Shown: one piece after another, positions 37,110 through 48,893 of the stretch | How positions within the stretch are numbered: the first letter of the stretch is position 1 | Layout: every line of letters begins with the position of its first letter | Source: Phyllobates terribilis | Taxonomy: Eukaryota | DNA length: 64,000 nucleotides | Direction of reading: 5' to 3' | Assembly: GCF_046119375.1 (NCBI RefSeq) | Contig: NW_027362765.1 | Span: 568,974,001-569,038,000 of the forward strand | The notes under the pieces: model-generated | Seen by the model: the letters and a program-made list of their open reading frames with translations, nothing else | Told to the model about the DNA's origin: nothing | Databases searched by the model: none | Program-made: the position numbers and the translations under genes

Positions 37110-37370
37110 AGTTTCTAAGGTTTTCTTATCAATGAATTGTGTGAACCAACTGGACGTAACAAAAAACACTACATTTACAGTATGCATAGATAACAATCCT
37201 CATTTAATATGTATATTAATAAATTCTAAGTATCTACTCATATGCAAATATTAGTAAATGATTCCCATGCATGTAAGGAAAGGGAAGTAATTTGCATTAC
37301 ATAATTATACATTACACATCTAATTGTAGTGAAATAGTTAATTAGAATTCCTAATGGTTTATTTGGCATT
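37110..37370 (+). promoter_or_regulatory. Upstream duplicate of the octamer/ETS module
   Basis: CTTATCAATGAATTG, ATGCAAAT (37222-37229), GGAAAGGGAAGTAATTTGCAT and TTAGAATTCCTA shared with 4130-4450 and 37840-38110. Confidence 0.55.
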
Positions 37371-37839
37371 TGAATATTTCTTTATTTTACATGGCTAAGA
37401 TAATTGATAAGACATTTTATTATGGAGATGAGGGGCATTTGGATTTATATGAGCTTGTAATTGTATTCCTGTTTATTAAACTGAAAATTAATAAAAACAA
37501 TTATTTGATTAAAAAAACAAGCTTACCTGAGTAAAAAAACCATATGATTATAAATACTAAAGCAAAGGAAAGTGGAACCCAAAACTGAGATCAAAGTGAA
37601 TATTTTTTTAACCTTTGGGCAATTTCTCATTACCTTTGTTGCTGACAGGGGATCTCATCAGGGGAGTTTAGTCTTAGTCAGATTCTCCCCTTCTAATAGC
37701 AAAGGCAATGGGACTAACATTGACTCTTCCAGTATCCCACCGCAGCCACATAGTATGCTTCTGTATTACATTCTCTCTTGTACTAAATAAACTGTAATAT
37801 GTTTGGTAGGGATTTTTCTATGGTTTACTTACTACTAAT

Positions 37840-38248
37840 AATTTAAATGAACTAACTAGCAGGACATGTAGTAATAATAATGGTTAGACTGTTGTAGAAT
37901 ATATGACTATAGCTACCCATAACTAATGTGTTTATTAATTAGTTTTAAGTTTCTACTCATATACAAAGTCATTATTTTAGTAAATGGGTCACACGAGGAA
38001 AGGGAAGTGATTTGCATTGCATACTTTTACGGTCTACACCTTTCCTTAAGGGGATGCAAATCATAGAAATATAATTGTAGTAAAATAGACGATTAGAATT
38101 TCTATTGGTTTATTTTGTATCTGATAATTTGCTTATCATTACCAGTAGACCTGTATATATATATAGCACCTTTCTACTGAGCTGAGGTATCTATCTATTC
38201 TGACCTTGTATCATCATTCAGACATCTACCACATCACCAGAGACAACC
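37840..38248 (+). promoter_or_regulatory. Proximal promoter/5' UTR: ETS-like GGAAGT, two octamers, TATA
   Basis: GGAAAGGGAAGTG, ATTTGCAT 38010-38017, ATGCAAAT 38054-38061, TATATATATATA 38154-38165, then ACAACCATG. Confidence 0.6.
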
Positions 38249-38276
38249 ATGTCGGCAAAGGGACAGTGCAAAGACC
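38249..38276 (+). CDS. Coding exon 1 of a small Cys/Pro/Gln/Lys-rich protein (MSAKGQCKD)
   Basis: ACCATG Kozak context; donor C|GTAAGT, phase 1. Confidence 0.75.
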
Positions 38277-38954
38277 GTAAGTGCCTTCTGAATGAAATTT
38301 GATTTATGTATTAGTATAGAATCCAATATATTTTATACATATAAATGGAGATGATGAATTATTAGTATCACATTAGTTGTATTCAGTGATGTAGATGGAA
38401 ATCAGAGCTGAATATTACATTTTTTGGCGTGTCTAAATGGGTTGACTTGAAAACAATAAATACAACATTGTATAACAATTCGATTTGGCCAGAGTGTGCT
38501 CAACTCCACTATTTATATGGATACAGCTCTAACATATGCTTAGCTTTATATATGGGTTTGCCAATATAATAAGTTAGGGACAACCTTCTTCATGGATTTT
38601 TAAAAGCATTCACAATAATTCTATCCATGGGTGAGAACCACTATGGTGGTCATTTATGTCCAATCTAATAGACAGTTATAGAAGCAGTAACCTCCAATGC
38701 CAGTACGGCCCCTGGGCTGCTGCACACATAGTACTGCATCTGGTTATTTATGCATGCTTTATTAGATTTATTATTATTGTGTTGTATAAGACAATAAGTC
38801 AATATTTCTAGCAGGATTAATGCCAAACTTGCACCAATTAATTTACAATCAAATTTTTTATTTTAACCTAAGAAAATCAAATGTTTTTCACGTAATGAAA
38901 TTAATTCATGTTTTCATGACCTTCTCTGCTATAATCATAACTGGCTTTTTTCAG

Positions 38955-39032
38955 CATGTGCCCCACAGCCTGTCTGCCAGGACCAAGCTCCCAAATGCTG
39001 CCCAGATCCATGTCCACCAGTTATTTGCCAAG
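38955..39032 (+). CDS. Coding exon 2 (PCAPQPVCQDQAPKCCPDPCPPVICQ)
   Basis: Acceptor TTTTTTCAG, donor G|GTATGA; 78 nt, phase 1-1, open frame. Confidence 0.8.
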
Positions 39033-39239
39033 GTATGAAACTTAATAGAACATGGTATATTTGTCTAGTTCTATCTGTAAGATTTTTCTAACACTGATTT
39101 ATAATTATGAATTTTCTTAATAAACAAAAAAAAATAATGTGCAAATTACCTGGAAGCTTTTGTAAATGTGTTATCCAGCTCTAGGAAGCGAAGCCACGTC
39201 CTAGTTTGCACAGAATGCAAAAAATACAAAGAAAAAACA

Positions 39240-39590
39240 CAAAATTTTAGCTTGGTTTAAGTTGGTATACATGAAGCACATAAATGCATGATTCACAATG
39301 GCCATGAATCAGAAAAACCTACAAGAAGCAAAATGAACATAAACCCTGCTGTAAATAAATAAAAAGCAAGTGCATTTAAATAAAATCGGGTTCTTAGTAA
39401 CACTGTTTTTGAACAAAAATAGTATAATAGCTTTCCTACCGTGACAAGGTGAACCCGTTCCGGAAAGTCCTACACTGTCTAATATTAAAAACCTTTGCTT
39501 CTTGTAGGTTTTTCTGATTCATGGCCATTGTGAAACATGCATTTATGTGTTGCATGTATACCAACTTAAACCAAGCTCAAATTTTGTGTT
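39240..39590. mobile_element. Foldback/MITE with ~95-bp arms inside intron 2
   Basis: AGCTTGGTTTAAGTTGGTATACATG...CCTACAAGAAGCAAA is inverted at ~39494-39585. Confidence 0.8.
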
Positions 39591-39838
39591 TTTTCATTTA
39601 TATAAAGGTCTAGCCCCTGTCAGGCACTAGTAATTAAGGGGTCCATCTGTCACAAAAGATAAAACCAATATTAAATTGGCTAATGTTGTTATATAGATCT
39701 TGTATTGGAAATAACAAGGTATTTTTTAAATTCAGGCTAAACATTTCCTATGTGCTTAGTTTTGTATTAATTTAGTTGAACATATTGAAATATTACCATG
39801 GTTTCCAACAATCTTTAAAACATTTTTTTGCATATTAG

Positions 39839-39927
39839 ATCCATGCCAAAAAACTGATCCCTGCCAGAATCAAGATGTTTCTCAGAAAATCAATGTTTGT
39901 CAAAAAGAAAGTGTCAAGAAGTGTTAA
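39839..39927 (+). CDS. Coding exon 3 (DPCQKTDPCQNQDVSQKINVCQKESVKKC*)
   Basis: Acceptor TTTTTTTGCATATTAG; phase matches exon 2; TAA at 39925-39927; total CDS 195 nt = 64 aa + stop. Confidence 0.78.
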
Positions 39928-40047
39928 AACCTTTCTGTATCACTGAAACATCAGTATTGATTAATGAAAGTAACTGTTCTTTGCTCTCGCTATTCTGTCT
40001 TTATTAATGTGAAATACTTCACGTCTTGTACATCTTCTCATTCACTT

Positions 40048-40053
40048 ATTAAA
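40048..40053 (+). terminator. Candidate polyadenylation signal ATTAAA
   Basis: 120 nt after the stop codon, followed by GT-rich sequence. Confidence 0.45.
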
Positions 40054-41970
40054 AGCATTCTCCAGATTAAGTGTATGCGTGAGTTATTAGAGTATTTCTA
40101 ACCAATTACTTTCCATAACATTTCCCCCCATTAATAGCCAGGCACATATAAGTGTGGTGGCTACAGCTTCTGGTCATTTGGTCCAGCAATCATGTCTACA
40201 ACATTATTATGTATCCGATGCTTCCTGAATACTATTGCCCCAATGAATCAAAGCAATTTTGTTATAATTTTGGAGTAAATTGCTTAAAATGTAGCAATAT
40301 TTTTGCACAAAAAATGGTGAAAATGGGCAGAGCTGGATTGGTACGTGGGAGTAGTGGGGTGCGTGACACCGCAGGTTGTCTAATTTTTGACAAGCTGTGA
40401 TGTTCCCTTTACCCAAAATCTTACCCCTGTCAGGGACTAGAGTAACATTTCTACAGTTGTGCACATGGGCGCACACCATTACTCAGATGCTCCTAATTCA
40501 TAGGACATCTTAATGAATAAGGAGCTTCTGACTCCAACACTATCCCCTCATCAAGACTGGACTGCTAAATGTGCAGCAATTAGTAAGAAAAAGTACTAAA
40601 AACTGGCACTGCCTCTTCTGCGGAGAAGTTCCTTCCATTTTACAGCTGCATGCTTGTCAATTAGACCATTTTAACGTATATTGCCTTTTGCCATAGTTAA
40701 GGCAATTAACCTAATTACAACTTCACTTTCAGTTGAAAACAACCTTTAATACATTTTATCTTAAATAACAAAACAACTGAGTTGCCTAAATCCAGATGTT
40801 ATGCCTACTGCTGTGTAGGTTTCATCCATTAAAACATATACATATTTGAAAGGTCTGAGTTAACATTTGAGTTCCTCTTTCACAGCATCCAAATAAATAA
40901 AAGTTGAAACACCAAGGAAAGACTGCAGTCGCAGTTGCATTGTTTTTTGTTTTATTATTGTTGCTTTACCAGGATTGGTCTTCAAATTAATTTTAGTAAA
41001 TGCCTTGAATAACTTGAAACCACATTTTTCTTTCCATGGCAAGTGCAGGGCAATAAAAAAACATCTAAAGTGTAAGCACCTCACCACACTTCACTGTAAA
41101 TATCAGCTTCCTGCTGCTTTATGATAATGGCTTGGAAGAAGTGGGTTAAGTGATTCTATCTGTAGGTGATCTGAATTTTAAGGATTTGAGTGCAGCCAGG
41201 TTGTAATAGAAAAAATGATCCCAGAAATCAGGGGGTGATGCTGCAATTACCACAGCTTTAGCCACTTACATCCCCTGATGACATTCTGCTTCCGTAGATA
41301 TGATGGGGATGTGACCACAGCTTTAGTGGCTGCTGCCACACTCATGTTCCTGCTTCCTGCATCTGAAGTCACCACTGTCACAGTCCATGCTTCTGAGACC
41401 ACTTCCTTTTGAAACAAGATGTCATCAGGGGGTGGTGATAGAAGCAGTGTGAGTGACACCAGCATCACCACCTCGTGACGATTCTTTCAGGCATTGATAA
41501 AAGTTGTGCAGTGGCACTGCTGTAATTTAGCCTGCTTTTATCACAACCCTTCGATGATGTTTCAAACTCCACTTAAACTAAAATAAAAATACATATAGAG
41601 AATAGCAGGATGGGGAAAATGGTAGGGAATTTTATAATAAAGTATTAATTGCTCAAGGGGTTAGGGCTTAAAGAGAGATAATTATAATGGGTGTTATAAG
41701 TGTTGGACTACCGATTTTAATAAGTGATATCTTTTACAGCTATTTGTGAAGGATCAATTTCAATTTGTGAGAATCGGCAAAAAAAATAAAATGCTGAGCG
41801 CCATTTCAAACTCTTCTAAAGAGTCAGTGACCGTGCTAATGGCGACAGGTTCAGACATACAGTTCCCCATAATGATCTACAGCTATCACATCACATAGTC
41901 AAGTGCACTCTAACAGTGGGCTATCACAAGCAGTATAAAAGAAAGGGGCTGGCCAATGAGCGCCACTTAA

Positions 41971-42523
41971 AGGAGTTTTCCCTTGAATAAAAGTTCTTTT
42001 TAATCAATAGATCCGGGAATGATAACTTACACAATTGAATGTATTTAAATATAATGTTCCTGTGCTGAGATAATCTTATAAATGTGCCCCTGCTGTGTCC
42101 TGTGTAATGGCTGTGTCTTACGTTGAACAGAACATGGTCTGATCATACCAAAGCTCCTGGGCAGGGGAGGAAGCAAAAGAGTATAGAGATATTTCAGCAC
42201 AGGATCACAGCAATTTTTTTTTTTTAAGTAAAGTAATGTTTAAACACAGGGAAGGGAGCAGGGAACTTTTTTACCTCACAAAAAGAATCAGCTGTGATCC
42301 CCTGCTTTAATGTCTGTATACTCTTTTGCTTCCTTCCCTGCCCAGGAGCTGTAGTATGATCAGACCATGTTCCTGCGCAGTCAGATGCAGCCGTTACACA
42401 GGGGAACATTTATAAGATTATCTTAGCACAGGAACATTTTATTTAAACACATCCAATTGTGGAAGTTATTATTATTCCTAGATCTATTGATTAAAATGAA
42501 CTTTTATTTGTGGGAAAATTCCT
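41971..42523. mobile_element. T2/Kolobok-type MITE with long inverted arms
   Basis: TTAA|AGGAGTTTTCCC...GGGAAAATTCCT|TTAA; arms of ~250 bp are imperfect reverse complements. Confidence 0.88.
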
Positions 42524-42527
42524 TTAA

Positions 42528-42800
42528 AGGGAAGGTGTCATTAAAAAAAAATTCAACATTTGAAAAAATTAAAGTATTAATGTTTTATTTTTTTTTAAAT
42601 ATTATAATTTGTTTTTAATGAAGTAAAATATGAAAAATAATTTAAAAAGGTTTGGTATTTCTACTTTTAAACACTAGGGAGAGCAGCTGCTGAAATTTGC
42701 CATGAAAACCTAGTGTACAGCTAGCTCATATTACGACTGCTGTAAATGTGGTCTGGATCTGCTCTCCTGTGTGATGTCGCTCCCCTTCTAACAGGATAAG
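42528..42800. mobile_element. End of a second T2/Kolobok-type element sharing the TTAA
   Basis: TTAA|AGGGAAGGTGTCA; partner end not found; right boundary arbitrary. Confidence 0.45.
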
Positions 42801-43551
42801 AGAGGATGAAGTTTAGGATCACAGTGTGGAGCCATTTTGTTGGTGACTACCAGTGATACTGACAAGTAGAGTGTCACAGAGTACAGCTGGCAGCACCGAT
42901 TCTGTTAGATAGTTCTGCTCACTGTATCATAAGCTGGGATTAGATACGCGGAGTGCATCTTGTGTGTGATTAGATACGCTTAAAGTAACACGCTGGGATT
43001 ACATACAGGTCTCAATGTAGTGTATCAAATATGGCATTAGTTATTGAGCTCAGCGCATTGTATCACACAGGATGGGATTAGATACACAGTATCTAACGTA
43101 TGTAAGATGTGACCCCCACTCCATCCACTTCTATGGGAGCAGTGGTGTAATGTTTGACACCCAGTAGGGGGACAGAGTGGGGGGTTGCTAAGCGGGGGGT
43201 GGAGCTAAGCTACTGTAAATTGTATCGACTTGGGCCGATGCAGTTAAACTCTGCGTCAGAGCAGGGGCACATGATCTCCCTGCGCTGCCACGCAGCCGAT
43301 ATGGGGCCCGTGAGATGGGTAGGGGTGGAACTGGCTGCAGGCCCCCCCGACCATCCTTGCTAATGTAACTGTATCGACTGGTTGCCGATACAGTTGAAAG
43401 AAAAGTTGAGTAAGGGAGCGTGATGCTCCCATCAATCCCCCTCTGCATCTGACATCGCTGATGCAGACACTGACTACGGGTGAGATGACGTCACTACATG
43501 TGCTGAGATGTGCGGGTGCTCGCTACAGAGACTGCAGCAGCTGGAGAACAA

Positions 43552-46160
43552 GGAGGATTGCATTCTACTGTATGGAGGCCGATGGGGAGTGAATTCTACT
43601 GTGTGACGGCCGATGGCGAGTGCATTCTACTGTATGGCGGCCGATGGCGAGTGCATTCTACTGTGTGACGGCCGATGGCGAGTGCATTCTACTGTATGGC
43701 GGCCGATGGCGAGTGCATTCTACTCTGAGGAGGCCGATAGGGAGTGCATTCTACTGTGTGGCGACCAATGGGAAGTGCATTCTACTCTTTGGCAGCCGAT
43801 GGGAAGTGCATGCTACTGTGTTGTGGCTGACGGGGAGTGCATGCTAATGTTTGGCGGCCGATGGGGAGCACATGCTACTGTGTAGAGACCGAAGTGGAGT
43901 GCAATATGCTGTGTGGAGGCCTATGGAGAGTGCATTATAATGTGTGGAGGCCGAAGGGGAGTGCATTATATTGCGTGGAGGCTGATGGGGAGTGCATTTT
44001 ACTGCGTGGAGGCCAATGGGTAGTGTATGCTACTGTATAGAGTCCGATGGGGAATGCATGCTTGTGTATGGAGGCCATTGGGGAGTGCATGCAGCTGTAT
44101 GGAGTCCAATGGGGAGTGCATGCCACTGTATGGAGTCCGATGGGGAGTGCATGCTACTGTATGGAGTCCGATGGGGAGTGCATGCTAATATATGGAGTCC
44201 TATGGTGAGTGCATGCTACTGTATGGAGTCTTTTGGGGAGTGCATGCTACTGTATGGAGGCCGATGGGGAGTGCATGCTACTGTATGGAGGCCGATGGGG
44301 AGTGCATACTACTGTATGGCGGCCGATGGGAGTGCATGCTACTGTGTTGTGGCCAATGCGGAGTGCATGCTAATGTTTGGTGGCCGATGGGGAGCACATG
44401 ATACTGTGTAGAGACCGAAGGGGAGTGCAATATGCTGTGTGGAGGCCTATGGAGAGTGCATTATAATGTGTGGAGGCCGAAGGGGAGAGCATTATATTGT
44501 GTGGAGGCTGATGAGGAGTGCATTTTACTGCGTGGAGGCCAATGGGTAGTGTATGCTACTGTATAGCATGTCGCTATATGGAGTCCGATGGAGAGTGCAT
44601 GCTACTGTATGGAGTCCTTTAGGGAGTGCATGAAACTGTATGGAGTCCGATGGGGAGTGCATGCTACTTTATAGAGTCTGATGGAGAGTGCATGCTACTG
44701 TATGGAGTCCGATGGGGAGTGCATGCTACTGTATGGAAGCCGATGGGGAGTGCATGCTACTGTATGGAGGCCGATGGGGAGTGCATACTACTGCATGGCG
44801 GCCGATGGGGAGTGCATGCTTCGGTGTTGTGGCCGATGGGGAGTGCATGCTAATGTTTGGTGGCCGATGGGGAGCACATGCTACTGTGTAGAGACCGAAG
44901 GGGAGTGCAATATGCTGCGTGGAGGCCTATGGAGAGTGCATTTAAATGTGTGGAGGCCGAAGGGGAGTGCATTATATTGTGTGGAGGCTGATGGGAAGTG
45001 CATTTTACTGTGTGGAGGCCATTGGGTAAGACTCGCTACTGTAAAGATTCCGATGGGAAATGCATTCTACTGTATGGAGGTCAATGGGGAGTGCATGCAA
45101 CTGTATGAAGTCCAATGGGGAGTGCATGCCACTATATGGAGTCCGACGGGGAATGCATGCTAATATTTGGTGGCCGATGGGGCGCACATGCTACTGTGTA
45201 GAAACCGAAGGGGAGTACAATATGCTGTGTGGAGGCCTATGGAGAGTGCTTTATAATGTGTGGAGGCCGAAGGGGAGAGTATTATATTGTGTGGAGGTTG
45301 ATGGGGAGTGCATTTTACTGTGTGAAGGCCATTGGGTAATGTATGCTACTGTATAGAATCTGATGGGAAATGCATGCTACTGTATGGAGGCCATTGGGGA
45401 GTGCATGCAGCTGTATGAAGTCCAATGAGGAGTGCATGCCACTATATGGAGTCCGATGAGGCGTGCATGCTACTGTATGGAGGCCAATGGGAAGTTTATG
45501 CTACTGTATGGAGTCCGATGGGGAGTGCATGCTAGTGTATGGAAGCCGATGGGGAGTGCATGCTACTGTATGGAGGCCGATGGGGAGTGCACACTACTGT
45601 ATGGAGGCCGTTGGGGAGTTCATTATACTGTATGGAGGCCAAAAGGGAGTGCATTATACTGTATGGAGGCCGATCGGGAGTGCATTGCACTGTATGAAGG
45701 CCGATGGGGAGTGCATGCAACAGTATGGAGGCTGTTGGGGAGTGCATTATACTGTATGGAGGCCAAAGGGGAGTGCATTATACTGTATAGAGGCCGAAGG
45801 GGAGTGCATTATACTGTATGGAGGCCAAAGGGGAGTGCATTATACTGTATGGAGGCCAATGGGGAGTGCATGCTACTGTATGGAGGCCATTGGTGAGTGC
45901 ATGCTACTGTATGGAGTCCGATGGGGAGTGCATGCTAATGTATGGCGTTCGATGGTGAGTTCATGCTACTGTATGAAGGCTGATTAGTAGTGCATGCTAC
46001 TGTATGGAGGCCGATGGGGAGTGCATGCTACTGTATGGAGGCCATTGGGGAGTGCATTATACTGTATGGAGGCTGAAGGGGAGTGCATTACACTGCATGG
46101 AGGCCAATGGGAGTGCATTATAATGTATGGAGGTCGATGGGGAGAGCATTTACTATATGG
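43552..46160. repeat. 31-bp minisatellite (~84 units) with higher-order blocks
   Basis: Unit ATGCTACTGTATGGAGGCCGATGGGGAGTGC; the ORF track shows a 31-aa period (3 units). Confidence 0.95.
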
Positions 46161-46487
46161 AGTATTTTATATTTTTAAGTTCAGCGTGGTCATCTGCTGA
46201 GGTTCTCCTACGTGTGCTATTAGGGTGCACCACCATAGTTGTTGTAATCAGGGTTTCCAGGTTAGGGACCCACTCAGAAGTTTCTCCATCCCAAATCAAA
46301 ACCCTAGCTACTCTTCAGATGACACCACTCTGTCCACTTCTATGGGAGCAGTGGTGTAATGTGTGACTCATCCACCATATTACTACTCCCATAGAAGTGA
46401 ACCAAGTGGGGTCACACATTATACCATTGCTCCCTGAGAAATGCGTAACCTTGCTCTGTCCAATTCTAAGGGAGCAGTGATGTAATA

Positions 46488-47186
46488 CAGGGTGGGTCAT
46501 TTATATGGATACACCTAAATTAAATGGGAATGGTTGGTGATATCTACTTCCTGTTTGTGGCACATTAGTATATGGGAGGGGGAAAACTTTTCCAGATGGG
46601 TGATGACCATGGCGGCCATTTTGAAGTTGGCCATTTTGGATCCAATTTTATTTTTTTCAATGGGAAGAGGGAATCTGTTTCAGATGTTGCACATCTCGTA
46701 TCTTCACAGCATAGACAATTGCCTTCAGATGACCCCAAAGATAAAAGTCTAAGGGGGTCAGATTGGGAGACTTTGGAGGCCATTCAACTGGCCCACGATG
46801 ACCAATCCACTTTCCAGGAAACTGTTCATGTAGGAATGCTCGGACCTGACACCCATAATGTGGAGATGTGCAGCATCTGAAACAACGGATACTGGAAGCC
46901 TGTGCTAGCATTTCTTCTGCGGTATTGCTATCAGTGTGGGAGAAGAGGTTTGCATTGACAATCCAACACAATGGGCAACACTTTGAACACATTTTATAAG
47001 TGTTCATAAACTTGAAAAAACTCATGAAAGAATAAAGTTATGTTAAAACCAAGTACACCATTGTTTTTCTTATGAAATTCTCAATAAAGTTGGATTCAAA
47101 ATGGCCGACTTCAAAATGGCCTACATGGTCACCACCCACCTGGAAAAGTTTCCCCCCTCCCATATCCATATAAATGGCCCACTCTG
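46488..47186 (-). mobile_element. Internally deleted Tc1/mariner element (DD37D/DD41D-like)
   Basis: TA|CAGGGTGGGTCATTTATATGG...CCATATAAATGGCCCACTCTG|TA; remnant FPGKWIGHRGPVEWPPKSPNLTPLDFYLWG. Confidence 0.88.
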
Positions 47187-48489
47187 TAGAATAAACATGC
47201 AGTAGATATATAATTTCTCAATAATACATACTGCATATAATAAACTTGCACCCTTTAGTGCCTTCTATGTGGCACTAAAGGGTACCCTAATAAATGTATC
47301 CTAATAAATAAAAAAAACAGTTGTGGGGTCCCCCCTATTTTTCGTAACCAGGCAAGTTAAAGCAGACAGCTGCGGGCTGATATTACAAGGCTGCAAAGGT
47401 CCCTGGTTATTGGGCCCTTACCAGCCTAAAAATATCAGTCCACAGAGACTCTAGAATTGGCACATCACATTAGATTGCATTTTGACTGCCCCTTCCCGAT
47501 TGCCACCACACCAGGGCAATCTGGGTAATGATAGTTGGGGTTAATCACAGCTATGAATTGTCAAAATTCACATCTGGCATCAAGCCTTGTGTTTAGTAAT
47601 GGAGAGCAGTCTATCAGACACCCTCATTACTAACCCACTAATGGAAAAAAATCAAACAGAAAGATAAATGTTACTTAAAAAAAGACTCCTCGATACTTTC
47701 CCAGTATCGTCAATTTATTTTTGAAAAAAAAAAACAAGCAGGTCCATCTTAGTCCATGGCGTTCCCCCGATGATCCCCGAATCCGACGTCTAAAGGCTAT
47801 GAAGCCTTGTTCAGAGAATGACGCTCTATAGGCCGTAGCAGCAGCCACTTTGGTGCCTGCTGGGCTTCGCAAGACCCAGCGGCTGTGATGAGCAGTGACC
47901 TATGTAACTAAACTGCTCATCACAGTCACTGGGCCCTCTGTATAATGTCCCCATATAATGCACCACAGTATAATGGCCCCATATAGTGCCCCACAGGATA
48001 ATGGCCCCATATAGTGCCCCACAGAATAATTGCCACCTATAGTGCCCCACAGTATATGCCCCCCATCCTTGTATATGGCCTCCATCATGGTATATGGTTG
48101 TCATCCTGGTATATGGAATATGGCCCCTATCCTGGGCATATGGCCCCTCCATCCTGGCTTTATGGTCCTCTCCATTCTGGGTATATGCTCCCATATATTC
48201 AATGCAAAGAAAAAAAAACAATAATCGCTTCTACTCACCTTCCATGCTCCCACGCAGCGCTCTGTCTGTGTGCTCTGAAGATGTGAGAGGTGATAACAGC
48301 TGTCAGGCTGAGATCATCGCACCCCGCTGCAGCTGCTCACCTGGAACCTCCGCTCCCGGCGCCTTCTCTCCCCGACAGCTCCTGTCATGGCATGCTCTGA
48401 CTGAGCAGTGCGTGTGATGACAGGGGGATTGTGCAGCTTGCAGCTTACACTGCGGGCTTCACAAAGATGGCTGCAATCTCCTCCCACGC

Positions 48490-48893
48490 CTGCGATCTGT
48501 CCACTTTTATGAGAGCAGTGGTGTAATGTGTGACCCTGCTCCGTCCACTTCTATGGGAGCAGAAGTGTAAAGTGTGACCCTGCTCCATCCACTTCTATGA
48601 GAGCAGTGGTGTAATGTGTGACCCTGCTCCGTCCACTTCTTTGGGAGCAGTAGCATAATATGTGACCCTGCTCCGTCCACTTCTATGGGAGCTGTAGTGT
48701 AAGGTGTGACCCTGCTCTGTCCACTTCTATGGGAGCAGTAGTGTAAGGTGTGACCCTGCTCTGGCCATTTCTATGGGAGCAGTAGTGTAATGTGTGACCC
48801 CACTCTGCTCCTTCCACTTCTATGGGAAAAGTGTTGTAATGTGTGACCCCACTCCACTCCGTCCACTTTTATGGGAACTGTGTTATAATGTGT
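48490..48893. repeat. 44-bp tandem repeat, ~9 copies
   Basis: TGACCCTGCT at 48531, 48575, 48619, 48663...; related monomers at ~43108, 46320-46480 and 50000-50050. Confidence 0.9.

Noticed and set aside
38820-39038. ORF-track 72-aa ORF as the real product
   Set aside because: It runs through intron sequence in a different frame; the spliced Cys/Pro-rich frame fits the splice sites and phases.
43613-46200. Cys-rich ORFs resembling keratin-associated or metallothionein proteins
   Set aside because: All three frames read the same 31-bp unit; no promoter, splice or conservation evidence.
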